Below are positions 1 through 12,320 of a stretch of DNA of 64,000 nt, one piece after another; position 1 is the stretch's first letter; each line of letters starts with the position of its first letter. The notes under the pieces are model-generated. The model worked only from the letters and a program-made list of their open reading frames with translations, was not told where the DNA came from and did not search any database. The translations under genes and the position numbers were made by a program. The stretch lies in contig OZ287085.1 in the NCBI GenBank assembly GCA_965645245.1, forward strand, positions 682,001-746,000, in the 5' to 3' direction. The stretch comes from Massalongia carnosa (taxonomy: Eukaryota).

Positions 1-3000
1 ACAGGACTACGATATCATAGCAATCCAGGAGCCGTGGCGCAACCCCCACGCTGCGACCACGCTCAGCCCGCATCAAAGCGGCTTTCATCTACTCTATTGG
101 CCAGGAGGTGACACGAGAGTGTGCTTCTACATCAACGATAAAATAGATCCGGAAAGCTGGAAAGTAGAATTTCCAACCGCTGACATATGCACATTGATAT
201 TGCACCCCCGCAAGAATGACGGAAGCCACAAGGAAATACACATTCACAACGTCTATAATCCATCACCCACCTCATATTCTTCAAGAGAAAGCCCCTCCAC
301 CCTCCCAGATGCTCAATGCCAGCTCTCCGCCGACGCTCATCACATCTTACTCGGGGATTTTGATCTACATCATCCTTTCTGGAATGGAGCCACCAGACCC
401 ACGCAACACGCAGCCGCGGATCAGCTGCTAGGTATAGTCGATGAAGCCAATCTGTCGCTAACCCTGCCCAATGGAACCATCACATGGGAAGCCCGAAACT
501 CATTCAGCACAATCGATTTGGTTTTCATGTCAGAATTCCTAACAGAGAGGCTAATTCGCTGCATGTCAAGACCAGAACTCAATCAGTCATCCGACCACAT
601 TCCGATATCCTCCCGCATCTCTTTGGAAAGTGAGACGCTAACACAGACAAAACGCAGAGCCTGGAAGCTGCTGAACATGGAAAAGTTGAGAACAGCAGAA
701 TGCAACGCTCCCCCGATAACACTTCCTCGCACAGTGGAGGAGATTGATCGATGGACGGATAAAATACTAAAGTTCTTACATCAAATAATATCTGCGGCCG
801 TTCCATGGGCAAGGCCTAGTGCTTATGCAAAACCATTCTGGAACGAGGACTGCAACAACGCCATGAGAGAAACACGCAGAATTCGAAAAATTTGGACAGC
901 CTCTCGAAATATCAATGACTGGAAAACATACATGAAATCGAATGACAAAAAGCAAAAGATAATCAAGAAAGTCAAAACATTGTCATTCCGAAACGAGATC
1001 AGTAAAGCGTCTGAATCATCTCAGGGCATATGGCGGCTGGCGAAATGGGCAAAGGACAAGAGTCACAAGGCGCGCGAAACACCAAAAATGCCAACACTGA
1101 CTTTCAACAATCACAGCGCGAACACCTTCGAAGAGAAGGCTGGAATGCTGAAAGGCATCTTCTTTCCTGCTCCATCTCCGGCAGATCTACAGGACATACC
1201 CGGGTCGGTCTATCCGGCAGCCTCGGAGTGCCCCGTCTATCCGGCAGCCTCCCAGTCATAACGAAGAAAGAGGTGCTCACGAACATTCTACGCCTCAAAC
1301 CCGACACGGCTCCTGGACCGGATGGCATACCCAATAGAGTTCTCAAAGCGTGCTCTGAGACGCTGACCGAGTTGTTAACTCCTCTATTTCAGGCGTGCGT
1401 AAATCTGGGATATCACCCGCGAGCATTCAGAACAGCGCATACGATAACGCTGAAAAAGGCGGGCAAAGACAATTACGAAACGCCGAAGGCCTATCGCCCG
1501 ATAGCACTGCTGAATACGCTAGGCAAGGTGATGGAAGCCATTATGGCAAGCAAGAGCACTCACATGGCCGAAAAGCACGAGTTACTACCAGGCACCCAGA
1601 TGGGAGCAAGACGGGAAAGGTCCACCGAGTCAGCACTAGAGCTGTTAACCGAAGAGATTCACACAGTGTGGGGTCAAGGTAATGATAAAGTTGCCACGCT
1701 GCTCAGCATTAACGTGGCCGGCGCGTACGACACGGTTTCGCATCAAAGACTGATCCACAATCTACGAAGAAGAAAAATTCCACAGTAGGTCACCAACTGG
1801 ATAGAATGCTTTTTGAAATACAGATGGACCACTCTTACGATCAACCGACGAACCACCGACGATTTTGATGGGAGAACCGGAATTCCGCAAGGTTCACCCA
1901 TCTCTCCCATTCTGTATTTTTTCTACAATGTGGATTTACTAGACATATGTAACAGGCCCGGCACGAAAACGAGCGGACTCGGATTCGTCGATGACATCAA
2001 TGCACTAGCATATGGGAAAAGCACGCAAGAAAATTGCAGAACGCTAGAAAGAATTCACAGAGAATGTGAAAGATGGGCTCTACGGCACGGATCCTTATTT
2101 GCTCCGACTAAGTACGAGCTTATTCATTTATCTAGAAATCCAAAGAAATTTGATATGACGGCTACTATTAATATAGAAAACAGCCTAATCAAACCAAAAG
2201 CGGATATAAGAATACTCGGTCTTCAAATAGATACCAAACTTAAGTGGGGTGCTCACATACGGAAAACGCAGGAGAAGATGGTCAAGCAGAGCATGGCCTT
2301 AACAAAAATTTCCACGTCTACCTGGGGAGCTTCGTTCGCTAGGGCCAGGCAAGTATACACGGCGGTGGTGCGGCCGGCCATGACATATGGTTCAATCGTC
2401 TGGCACACCCCGAAAGACGTAAATAGAAATAAATCTATAACGTCCAATTTGGCGGTCATTCAGAACAGATGCCTACGCACAGTCGCCGGAGCGTTCAAGG
2501 CTACCCCGATACCGGTGCTGGAGGCAGAAACACACATAGTCCCAATAGATGTGTATTTGGATCAACTACAGGCTAAAGCCAGATATCGACTACGAATCAA
2601 GTAGCAAAAAGCACTCGCTAACTCCGCATGCAAGATAATAGCTAATAAGCTACGGGAAAGAGCGGGTCGAAGATAAACTCCGCCGCCAACACCCGGAGAA
2701 CTGAAACATACATGGGCCAAGGCAATTTTAAATGGAGAGGCCGCCGTCAGGTTACCGCCTTCCGCGCCCCCGTGGTACGACGCCAGTCCAGAATATCTCA
2801 AGGAGCCGAGAGAAGCGCGAACGGCCCAACGGGCATATCATACGCGGCTCATGGAGCATCATATGAAAATATGGAAGTCAACATGGGCGACTTATCCAAA
2901 TCGCATTCCACTCCCCACCGAGGCTCAACAAGCTTCGCTTGACAAAAAGAGATTAAAAATTCACAGCAATTTGGCAAAAGCGGAGAGTTCACTAGCAACG

Positions 3001-3288
3001 CAAATTCGCACGGAGAAAATCGGGCTAGCCAACTTTCTTTTCAACCGAAGGGTACCCAATGTAAACTCACCGGCGTGCATGTGTGGATGGCCAAGGCAGA
3101 CGGCCAAACACGTCATCATACACTGTCAGCTGATAGACGGAAGAAATGAATTATTTAATCAAGTGAAAACTAACAATTATCGCACGATAATTGAAAATTC
3201 CGCAAAATTGAAAAAGTTGACAGCATGGTTAATGCGGGTAGATATACTAAAACAGTTTTCAATTGAAGCGACCATGCTGTACGGATAG
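1..3288 (+). pseudogene. LINE-A ORF2, disrupted by a frameshift near 1235-1251 and in-frame stops at 1786 and 2602
   Basis: ORF pieces 119-1261, 1030-1788, 1813-2604 and 2851-3288 join into one ORF2. GTCTATCCGGCAGCCTC occurs at 1208-1224 and again at 1235-1251; the extra 17 nt shift the frame. Confidence 0.9.
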
Positions 3289-3557
3289 TTCCCGTCGACA
3301 TAGCATTTGAAGTATTTGACTTCTTCCCCTTTTCTTTCGTTCTTTTCCGTTTTCTTTCAAGGACCTCACAGATACACGTTATTAGGTACACTGAGGGGTC
3401 ATGGGGATCCCGCAGGCGATAATTTTGGTTAGTAGGTTTTTATGCCTTAAAAGGTTTTCCTATGTACAATAGTCATATAGAACCACGCCCGGATGGGCCG
3501 GCCTTCGGCCAGTGACATATCGGTGTAAGAATTTATCATCATTATCATCATCATCAT
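1..3557 (+). mobile_element. Tad-clade LINE, family A: ORF2 (APE endonuclease, RT, CCHC finger, no RNase H) plus 3' UTR; 5' part lies outside the window
   Basis: APE motifs (IQEPW at window start, HNVYNP, LLGDFDLHH, TIDLVF, SDH); RT motifs (PGPDGI, YRPIALLNTLGK, GIPQGSPISP, FVDD); CxC..H...HC finger near 3075-3125; (CAT)n tail ending at 3557. Confidence 0.95.
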
Positions 3558-4187
3558 GAACATCTATTGACGCTTTTTTCCCGACTACTTTTCAACCGAA
3601 TACTCGTCTGACTATATAACTTTCGACTATTGCTCAGAATTCCAGTCACGCCAAAGCAAGCACTATTCTAACCTCTTCTTTGTTACCTCGGGCGTCAATA
3701 AAGGCCGCTTTTTAGCCAGCTAGTTTGTTAGACCGTAGTCTTTAAGCGTCCGATAAAGAATAGATAGACTTTATTGTACTCTGGCCTCCGTACGCAGCTG
3801 TGCATACGTGATACGTGGATTGATTCGTGCAAGTCTGATAATACATCTTCTATCGCGATATGAAAATATTACAGGCCGACCCGATTGCGATTTTGACTTT
3901 TCGTTGTTGCCTTCTGAGTGCTTTTGAAGAGTGTAAATAATAGTGGTTCGAGGCACATTTAATTTCTTCGCAATTTCGGCCGGTGCATACCCTAACGGCT
4001 GGGCTCCAATAATTATACCTCTTCAATATTGATTTAATTCGATATTACGAGGCTTAGTACCAGAAATTGAAGTCAACGGAGGGCGTGGCATGGTGAAATA
4101 ATAAAGGCAAATTTGATTTTATTGTAGGGTTGAAACGCGAAATCACGAAAATCGCGGGTAGAGTCGGATACTTTTGACACGGGAATG
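3558..4187 (-). mobile_element. 5' half of a degraded Tc1-like DNA transposon, truncated by LINE-A
   Basis: Minus strand reads TA-CATTCCCGTGTCAAAAGTATCCGAC (Tc1-type end), then MPRPPLTSISG.., SGRP, HTH region and a degraded VI(W)SDE near 3605-3625. Confidence 0.8.
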
Positions 4188-4189
4188 TA

Positions 4190-4455
4190 CTACCGTTTGC
4201 TCATAATCTATCAGCTGATAGAAGTCATTAAGCGGACTTGACTAAAATAATAATCATCTAAAACAAAGCGGTGGTGCGAAAGTTTTGATTTTTCAAAGAT
4301 AGAAGGTTGCCTCTTTCGAACGGTCGCAATCTGAAGGCCATTTCAACTTTAAACTATCAGAAATTTTGCAAAATCGACTCGGTATTGTTCATTTCTATAT
4401 TATTCGAGTCCGCTTAGCGACCGCTATCAGCATATTAATTATTAACAAACGGTAG
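4190..4455. mobile_element. 266-bp MITE with ~60-bp imperfect TIRs and TA target duplication (Tc1/mariner type)
   Basis: Left end CTACCGTTTGCTCATAAT..GCTGATAG..TAAGCGGACT matches the reverse complement of the right end; TA at 4188-4189 and 4456-4457. Confidence 0.85.
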
Positions 4456-4529
4456 TAACTAGATGATGACTGTGGGGCAGGTGAGGGAGAAGTAGGGTCA
4501 GATTTTTGAACAACTTCCCCCCCTTCGGG

Positions 4530-5558
4530 TGTAATAGGCTACTAGACCAGTAAGCTAATCACGAGCGACTCTATTCTCGAAAGGGGTAATGCTTAGCGTG
4601 AGAGGAGAAAGATAGCTACTACGTGCTAGTCTCCGCGAGTATATATAATCCAAAGAACTAATGGACGTAGAAGTGCTTAGGCCAAGAGATCTCGTTCGAG
4701 ACCCATACGTAGGTTGTTCATAGAATAAAGACTAATTGCTAACGAATACTACAGGATTCGTTCTAATATTTATCCTACTCACCCTAAGCCTATAGCATCG
4801 GAAGCCTTGGAACCTTAGGAGCCTTGCAACCTACTTCTGACCTTATCGCCTTACATCTAACCATCCCTCAGGATCTAACTACGAACTCTGCGGTCGCTGG
4901 ATCATCTAGTCAGCCTCGAGCAGCCTTCTAGATCTTCCCTTGTAAGGTAGATCACTTCTACCCCCGGCTTAATCCCTTACTATATTGCTAGCCTGCCTCT
5001 AAACATAGAGTCTAGACGCCGAGACTATGTAGCTTTATTTCGCCATCACTAATACTAACGTGATGATTGAAGGTTACCTCCGACTGAATCTCTCTCTACA
5101 CTGCGGACCTTCCTCTAGACACAAGGTCTTGACCACAAGGTCATGTAGGTTTATTCAGCCGACATTACTACCAACCCAGCAATAAAGATTGAAGCTGAAG
5201 TTTACATCGGGGAGGCCGAGTTCAAGCTGCGTCCAGCTAGCCGTGCCTCCTGCTACAACTCTTGATCTATCAAGAGATCGAGTAGCTCCGAGTAGGCCAG
5301 TAGATTCCATATAGAGTTGACAGCTAGTCTCTACAGGAGTTCGAATTACTCTATGGCAATCTACCACCACGGCCTCGACAGGTATTTGATCTGTAAGCAG
5401 TCTAGAACGTAGTAACAACTTATTCGGAGTTGTGTGGCAAGGTGGCGTCGTGTCAGCTTCGACGGCTAAGCGACTCAGTATTACGGCTTGGCTCATACTA
5501 GTTAATCCAGCAACTACCGTAAGCGATCAAGTATCCTTCTAGCGCCATCCGTATTACA
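4530..5558. mobile_element. Solo LTR, 1029 bp; inverted copy of 12321-13349
   Basis: TGTAAT...ATTACA termini; 5-bp TSD TCGGG/TAGGG; end-to-end reverse-complement similarity to 12321-13349. Confidence 0.9.
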
Positions 5559-5772
5559 TAGGGCGCAATATTTTCGACTATTTAATCTTTAAATCATTAT
5601 ATTATCATCAAAAGCGATTCGATTTTCGATGTCTTTTTAATATCTGAATACACTAACGGAGTTCTAAATTTCAATAAGTTATTCATTTCAGGTAATGAGT
5701 ATGTGATAATACAGGTACAGGTGCAGGTGATAAACTATATTTTTTTCGAGGATATTTTCTTATCTTATCTTT

Positions 5773-5918
5773 TAGTGTCGCGCTATGCCGTTGGGTCGGG
5801 TTCGGGTGTCGGACACGCGACCTGTCCGAATTACCCGATCGGATAAGCGTTATGTCTCACAACGTCCGATTTGATCGTGTCGGGAGCCCGAGCCGAGTTT
5901 AAACCCAACCGGGCGGTT
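5773..5918. repeat. Degenerate GGGTCGGGTT/AACCC-rich MITE-like remnant
   Basis: Shares the GGGTCGGGTT and AACCC motifs of the MITEs at 10506 and 27564; ends not resolved. Confidence 0.4.
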
Positions 5919-5919
5919 A

Positions 5920-6500
5920 TCTTATTCGTATTCTCAAGTAGAAAACGAAGTCGCGGAGCGAATAATCAGAATCATTATACACATGATTAGATGCAGTATT
6001 ATTGTCGAAGACATTTCAGACTTCTTCTGATCAGAAGTAATTCTTGTCATGATTCACATCATGAATGTCAGATCAATCAACGTTTTACCAAATAAAATCT
6101 CGTATGAGATCATCGAGAATAAGTTACCGAAGTTGAATTATTTAAGAATTCTCGAATTCACAATTTATGCGGTGCTTCACGAAGAAGAGCGAAAAGGAAT
6201 AAACGATAAGACTACTAAATTTCTCCGTGGATTCAGAAAAGAATCCTAAGTGAATATGACGAAAGCATCATTTATCGGGTCTTCATAAAAATAGGCTACA
6301 AGATTATCAGAATCATAAACTTACGAATTTATAATGACTTCACATTTAAAAATTAAATCGATCTATACACGTACGATTTTATAATGATTCAAAACAAGAA
6401 AGATAAAATATGTGAAATCTGTCTTACTTCTTCAGAATATGAATTAAAATTGAATTTTGATATAAGTGAAATTCTGAATCGTGAACGTGATAGACTCAGA
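5920..6500 (+). pseudogene. Copia integrase C-terminal relic
   Basis: EN(E)VAERIIRII near 5941; NVLPNKISYEIIENKLPKLNYLRIL(E)FTIYAVLHEEERKG resembles the Copia post-core/SH3 region. Confidence 0.7.
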
Positions 6501-6666
6501 AATCACGCTCATGTCGCATAAGTTTTGTGTCTCTTATTAATAAAGGCATTAAGTGAATCAGAACAAAAACTTATATTGACAAATAAAAACGAAGAAGACT
6601 TATTCATACTTCTGATCAAAGAATATAAAAAAAGCACCATAAATAAACGATTACAATATGTATATA

Positions 6667-7988
6667 CAGTCCCGTGCCATAATTCTTTGGCCAATCCCGT
6701 AATTTTCGTGATTTCGCGTTTTCAACTCATCAACACCTTATCTTCTACCTTATCATTAACAATGGTTTGTGTTTCTTTAACCCCCATAAGTGGTAACGGC
6801 CTCGTATTACTGAATTGACGCAATTTTAACGTGGTATAGTTTTTGGGGCCTAGGCTTGGGGCACATACCAACGGAGATTGGGAAGACTCTTAATTTCACT
6901 AAGTCGACCGTGCAGAACACCATTTAGAAGCACTCAATTTGCAACGACGGCGTGCCTAAATCTCGTTCTGGACTGCCTGAAGTGCTCTCAGAACTCGATC
7001 TACGTTATATTATCAAGCATACACGAATCAATCCACGAATCACTTGTGCACAAATCAAACTAGAAGTGGGGCTCGCCTGCAGTCGTACGACTATTTATCG
7101 GGTGCTCAAACTTTATAATATAACCAACTAGGTAGCTAAAAAACGACCTTTGTTGACGCCTGAGATGGCCAAGAAACGATTGGATTGGTACTTGCTGCCG
7201 CATGAGTAGACTTTTGAGCAGTAGTCAAGAGTTATATGGTCAGATGAGTACTCGGTAGAAAAGGATTTAGGAAAACAGCGTCAGTGGGTATTTAGATTGC
7301 CGAATGAAAAATGGAATAAAGAGATTGTACAACCTGTCCTCAAAGGCAAAGGAGTCAGTGTCAAGGTTTGAGCAGCTTTGTGGGTAGATGACAGGTCAGA
7401 TCTTTACCAATTGGCTCGTGATTTTGCTGCGAAGAATATGGGATACTCGGCGTCCCTATATCTGTAACTATTAAACGATAATCTGATTGGAATTTGGCAT
7501 CCGGGTCTCATTTTCATGCAGGATAACGCACCTAAAAATAAGGCTAAAACGTTGATAGATTAGTTTAATGAGAACGGCATAGAGGTTATCGATTGGCCCT
7601 CCTATTTACCTTATATAAAACCTATCGAGTAGGTTTATTTTGTGCTCAAAAAGCTCGTCTATTAAGTGAACCAGAAAATAGATTTGGTTATCGGCAGTGA
7701 TGAAACTATTCGTGAGGTACTTTAGAAAGCGTTTGAAGAAGCCTGGAGGTTGATAGATGTGAAAATGATGAGGAGGTTAATAGAGAGCATGAATAGGAAG
7801 ATAATAGTATGTATAACGTCGGAAGGATAGTATACTAAATATTAAAAATCCATTTTTAGGGAATTTCTTGTTTAGTATTTATATAATCATTATGTAAAAT
7901 TTTAAGACATTTCAGTAATCATGATGTATAATTGAATAGAATGATTGAAATATTGGTAGGGTGCGGAGAGACGTTTGGCCTAGTATTG
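6667..7988 (+). mobile_element. Near full-length degraded Tc1-like transposon
   Basis: TA-CAGTCCCGTGCC at left and ..GGCCTAGTATTG-TA at right (degenerate TIR); transposase relic about 6762-7845 with VIWSDE (~7231), FMQDNAP (~7513), DWP..PIE (~7591-7630) and YTKY*. Confidence 0.85.
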
Positions 7989-7990
7989 TA

Positions 7991-8565
7991 AACCAGTCAC
8001 TCTTCTATCTTGTCGCGACGTCAATAATAAAACTCCTAAAACGACCAAACGGATTCAATAGGCTAGCGACGTTTTATAGACTCGTAATAATCCGTCTCTC
8101 CGCGCGCATATTGATATTCTAAAAACAACCTCTTTGAATGCTGTTGCTGATAGAATTATTATACAGCATACCAATCAGGAATTGATTACTAAACAGGATC
8201 AACGACGTCAAAAGACGTCTAGAAAAGGGCAAGAAAAAGCAAAATTGTTGACAGTGGGTAAAGAACGGGAGTTGGTAGAGGAGAACATGCAAAAGGATAA
8301 AGCATTGGCAAACAAAAACGCAAGATATAATGTTTTAAATTGGAAAGTGAAGTTCGCGAAGATTGCTTGGAAAGAATTTGCCATGGAAAGTAATATTTTT
8401 ACCTAGTTTTGATTTTGATAGAGGTAATCATATCTTTATTAAAGGCATATGCCGAGAGAGAAAGAATGACCCAATAAATAAGCTGGAAATACGCTGATGG
8501 TATTTCTCTATTTGGTAATAAAAGTGGTATTTGCGGGTGGCCGGACCGAATAGGTGGCAATTACG
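7991..8565 (+). mobile_element. 3' end of a Fot1/pogo-like transposon
   Basis: KTPKT motif and basic coiled-coil C-terminus (ORF 8134-8406); ends in GGTGGCCGGACCGAATAGGTGGCAATTACGT-TA, an ACGT terminus typical of Fot1/pogo TIRs. Confidence 0.65.
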
Positions 8566-8790
8566 TTACCCGACAGCCGGTTCATTCCCGATATCCTCCC
8601 GTTCCGCTCGCTTAAATCCTGATAAGCTCGGAACATACTTTTCCATGTTAATAAGCACACTAATCATGTACTTGTAATTAGTATTACGAAACCTGGTCCG
8701 AGGAAGGTAGGGCTATAGGATAAAGGCTCTATCGCAAGCTTCGTTAGACTATTGATCAATCTATTGATTTACTATCTCCTAATGTGATAT
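8566..8790 (+). repeat. LTR fragment related to 10961-11116 and the 300-bp LTR family
   Basis: GAAACCTGGTCCGAGGAAGGTAGGGCTATAGGATAAAGGCTCTATCG recurs near 10962; shares ATCAATCTATTGATT. Confidence 0.65.
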
Positions 8791-9080
8791 CCGGCAAGTT
8801 TTTTGTTAGCGCGGTATATACAGTAATTTGAAAACGGCACGTTATTAGTCGAATTTAAATGTATCTACAAATAAAATTCATTCAATATTTGGTATATTTC
8901 CTATCTGCGTCTACCACTGCTTGACAATGATCAGGCATAGAAGCAACGAGCACGTTTTATTGCTATTCTGTGATAACATTCTATGTTTTACAGCTTTTCT
9001 CAGATTATTATATGAGAGCTTGTCCTGATCGATATATTGTATATGAATCTAGTCTTTTATGAAGTTCCAAACGTGCTCGA

Positions 9081-9380
9081 TATGAGGCGAAGTACGAATA
9101 ATATGACTATATAGCTCTACAGTAGTAGTAGGACAATAGAATAGGAGTCGCTATAGAATAGTAGTAGGTAGAGTGTAATCAATAGATTAATCAGTGGCCC
9201 TCCGAAAGAGGTGGGCGAAGGGCTCTTTATCCTATAGCCCCACCTTTGATCAGGCCACGTTCGTCAAACTAATTACTATTACATGATTGGACTGGTTGAG
9301 ACTATCACATAGGTGTCTTCTCGCGTACCCCCTGAAGAAGTGTGCGACCGCTTCCTGTCTTGTAGAAAGCTGTCCTGACA
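9081..9380 (-). mobile_element. Solo LTR, 300 bp
   Basis: Reverse complement of 24088-24386; perfect 5-bp TSD CTCGA at 9076-9080 and 9381-9385. Confidence 0.9.
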
Positions 9381-10505
9381 CTCGATCGGGTTCAAATCGG
9401 GTGAAAAGGTGGCCATTTAATGAATAAAATTCGTCGATACTCGAGTTCTTCTTGGTTTAATCGAGCTGCATGACTGTAAGATTCCAAGGGGCTTTCTTTC
9501 CGCCACAGGGGAATAGAGGCTTGGCAGAGGTGGAGACTTTAGAGCGATTATCTTTGCTAAGACTCTGCACGAGCTATTGATAAGCTATAGTAGTTAAAAA
9601 CTGTTGTTCCTATCTAGAAATAACGAGCGTATATATAGGAGTCCAAGTCCTATCCGAAACAAAATGCAGGGTACAAGTAATCAGAGATTATCAGACAATG
9701 CCGAAACGCAGCGATGTCCCGTATCGCTAAATATTAAGGGATAGATTTCCTCTTTCGGCAGACTAATTACGTCTGATAACGTCTGATTACTGTTCCTCTA
9801 AATCAATGCTGATGTGTTTATAATATCCATTGAGATTCTCCCGTCCCCCTCCTTCCCATGTTGTCATCGCTTGTCCGTTGAGTCATACGTTCCCGACTCG
9901 TGTTGTGCTCGGATATGCCGATGTCAGAGTAGTCATGTCTGCGATACCGTGTTAGGCTTGTAGGTTACACTAGGCCTAACTGAGCTCTTGTTAAAGTATG
10001 CCGAAGGCGGATCGTAACAATAACCAGTAGCATTGTCTTGTATGAAATAAAGTTCAAGATTGAGTTTAAGCTAGCCTTCAACGATAGGTATAATATGCTC
10101 ACAATATGACTGTTGATTAATGCTTTCCCAGTCTTTTTCCCAAAATAAACAAGGTCCTTTCTTGCTGCCCGAAAACTACCCCCAAAACATCTATCCGACC
10201 TTGTCTAGAAGACAAGGAATCACACAGGTTGGGTTCAATTCTTTACCTACTCGTCTCGTCACCCAAATGAGTCGATGACGAATGCTATTTACTATTATTT
10301 TATCACTCCATTATATCGATTTCCATTGTTCTTTGTTTTATATCAAATGCTCTCCAGCCATTCGAAACGTTTGACAAGATTGATTTCGGTAATTATCGGT
10401 TTTCAATATGCTAATCTTCGAGAAAAACCCCCTCGTTTCAGAGCCTTTCGTATAACATTTTCCGAGAAATTCTATCCAAGTTTCCATAGAATTTGACAAT
10501 AAGGC

Positions 10506-10960
10506 TACGCCGCGCAACGGGTCGGGTTGGGTCGGGGTTTGACTATTCGAACCCGACCTGCTACCGGGTTGGGGAACATGTTGGTCTCAACCCGCTGGGT
10601 TGGGGAACCGTTTCCGGGTTAACCCGTTTGACCCGTTCGACTCGGTAGATTTTTTATGTTATTTTTAAACGTGTTTCTAAGATATTCTACATACATTTGA
10701 AAATTCTGAGAATTCTAGAAATTAGTCATCCCTAAATAATTATTAGTAAGCAAAAATTTAATATTTTAAACGTTATATTTTATCGGATTCTTATATTTAA
10801 TTTGCGGAAAAAACTTACCGGGTTGAACGGTTTAACCCGAAACCCGCATAAAAAACTCGAACCCGTCGGGTCGGGTTCAAGGGGGTCCAACCCGACCCGA
10901 AATCCCGACCCAAACCCGACGTGTTGGGTAACCCGACGGGTTTAACCCAACCCATTGAAC
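10506..10960. mobile_element. MITE, long form of the TACGCCGCGCAACGGG family; right end lost
   Basis: Left TIR TACGCCGCGCAACGGGTCGGGT; collinear with 27564-27992. Confidence 0.8.
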
Positions 10961-12320
10961 GAAACCTGGTCCGAGGAAGGTAGGGCTAAAGGATAAAGGC
11001 TCTATCGGCTACTTCTTTAGAGGACCACTAATCAATCTATTGATTAACCACCTCCTATATTCTTCCTACTCGTACAAGCCAATAGTAGTCATGATATTTG
11101 ACTAGTATTCTTATATTTTGATCAGTCCTAGTATTTTAAAAACAGTCGACCATACTATTGCTCCCAGACGAGCGACAGCTATTACTACTAGAGGTATTTT
11201 TTCTAAAAATAATGAAGATACTAATGATTCAGGTACTGTGGAAAACAGGCCCGAATCTCTTCCCTCTCCAGAGGTAATGCATGGAGAACTAGACGAAATT
11301 AACGCCCAGAGAAATAGAGCACAACTAGCAATCAGTCTTGATAAAGCCAGAGTAGACAGAGACGACTGATTTCCGACCGAGTTTTCTCAGATGACTATGG
11401 CTATTCGCCGAAAGAAGTCGATTTGTTTAGTCTTCAAAAATCTTTCAAGACCGCTGACACTAAAGTTTATACAGGCACTAATCAGAAGGACTATGAATAA
11501 TTCTTTAGAGAATATCTTCGTACCTTCAATCAAAAGCCGATTACTTATGAGAAAGACAAAGCAAAGATCTCTATAGAAAGAATTATATTGGGGGAATACC
11601 AGCAGGTGACTGGCATCGGGAGAATCCTACCATTGATGAATCTTTTCTTAGCTGGACGTATTTTGTTGACTTTCTTCAGGAAAAACTGAAACTTAAACAC
11701 CTTCGACTGCTTGATATCGGAGGACAACTAAAAAAGTTGAAACAACGTCTAGGTCAAACGATATCGGAGTTGGTGTCCTATCTCGAAACGTTGGAAGATC
11801 AGTTACCCGAAAGACGGACGGAGATACAAAGAACTTATAACCTCCTACACTCGATAAATGATTACTTATAGAAAGCAATTATTCGGGCCAACTCTACTCC
11901 TATGGTAATACTCGAATAGAATTAATCAAAATGGCCCGAGTAGTTTAAAGAGTGGAGCCTAATCCTGATTTCGTTCGAAATATTAGTTGTCAATATCCTC
12001 GGTCGACTGGAGAAGAGTAATCGAAGGCTCCTGTTTATCGTCGAATGTCAACAAATCGATATTGCCTCAATCGTATTGACTCGCCAAAAGAGAGGTGAAG
12101 AATAAATCACTTGTTTACTATGGTAGCTTTATTTTTATGACAAGTGCTTCTACGAATTCGAGCCATGGTCGACTGCGATGCGACGTGGACTTTTCTATCT
12201 CAACTCAAGGTCAAAGAACTCGGCATTAACTCAAACTCCGACTCGCCTCCGCCGTCTGATTGGAAGACTCTTGATAGAACACCTCTGCGTACCTATTGGA
12301 ATTACTACCTACGAGTTAGA

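Noticed and set aside
6509..7063. Short predicted ORFs here and similar 60-130 aa ORFs elsewhere as host genes
   Set aside because: They overlap TE boundaries or are antisense or out-of-frame to TE genes and show no recognisable domains.
9386..10505. Possible gene or LTR relic
   Set aside because: No convincing ORF, motif, TSD or second copy in the window; left unannotated.
10506..10960. Telomeric or interstitial telomeric repeats (AACCC/GGGTT)
   Set aside because: Motifs are dispersed subterminal repeats of a MITE, not tandem TTAGGG.
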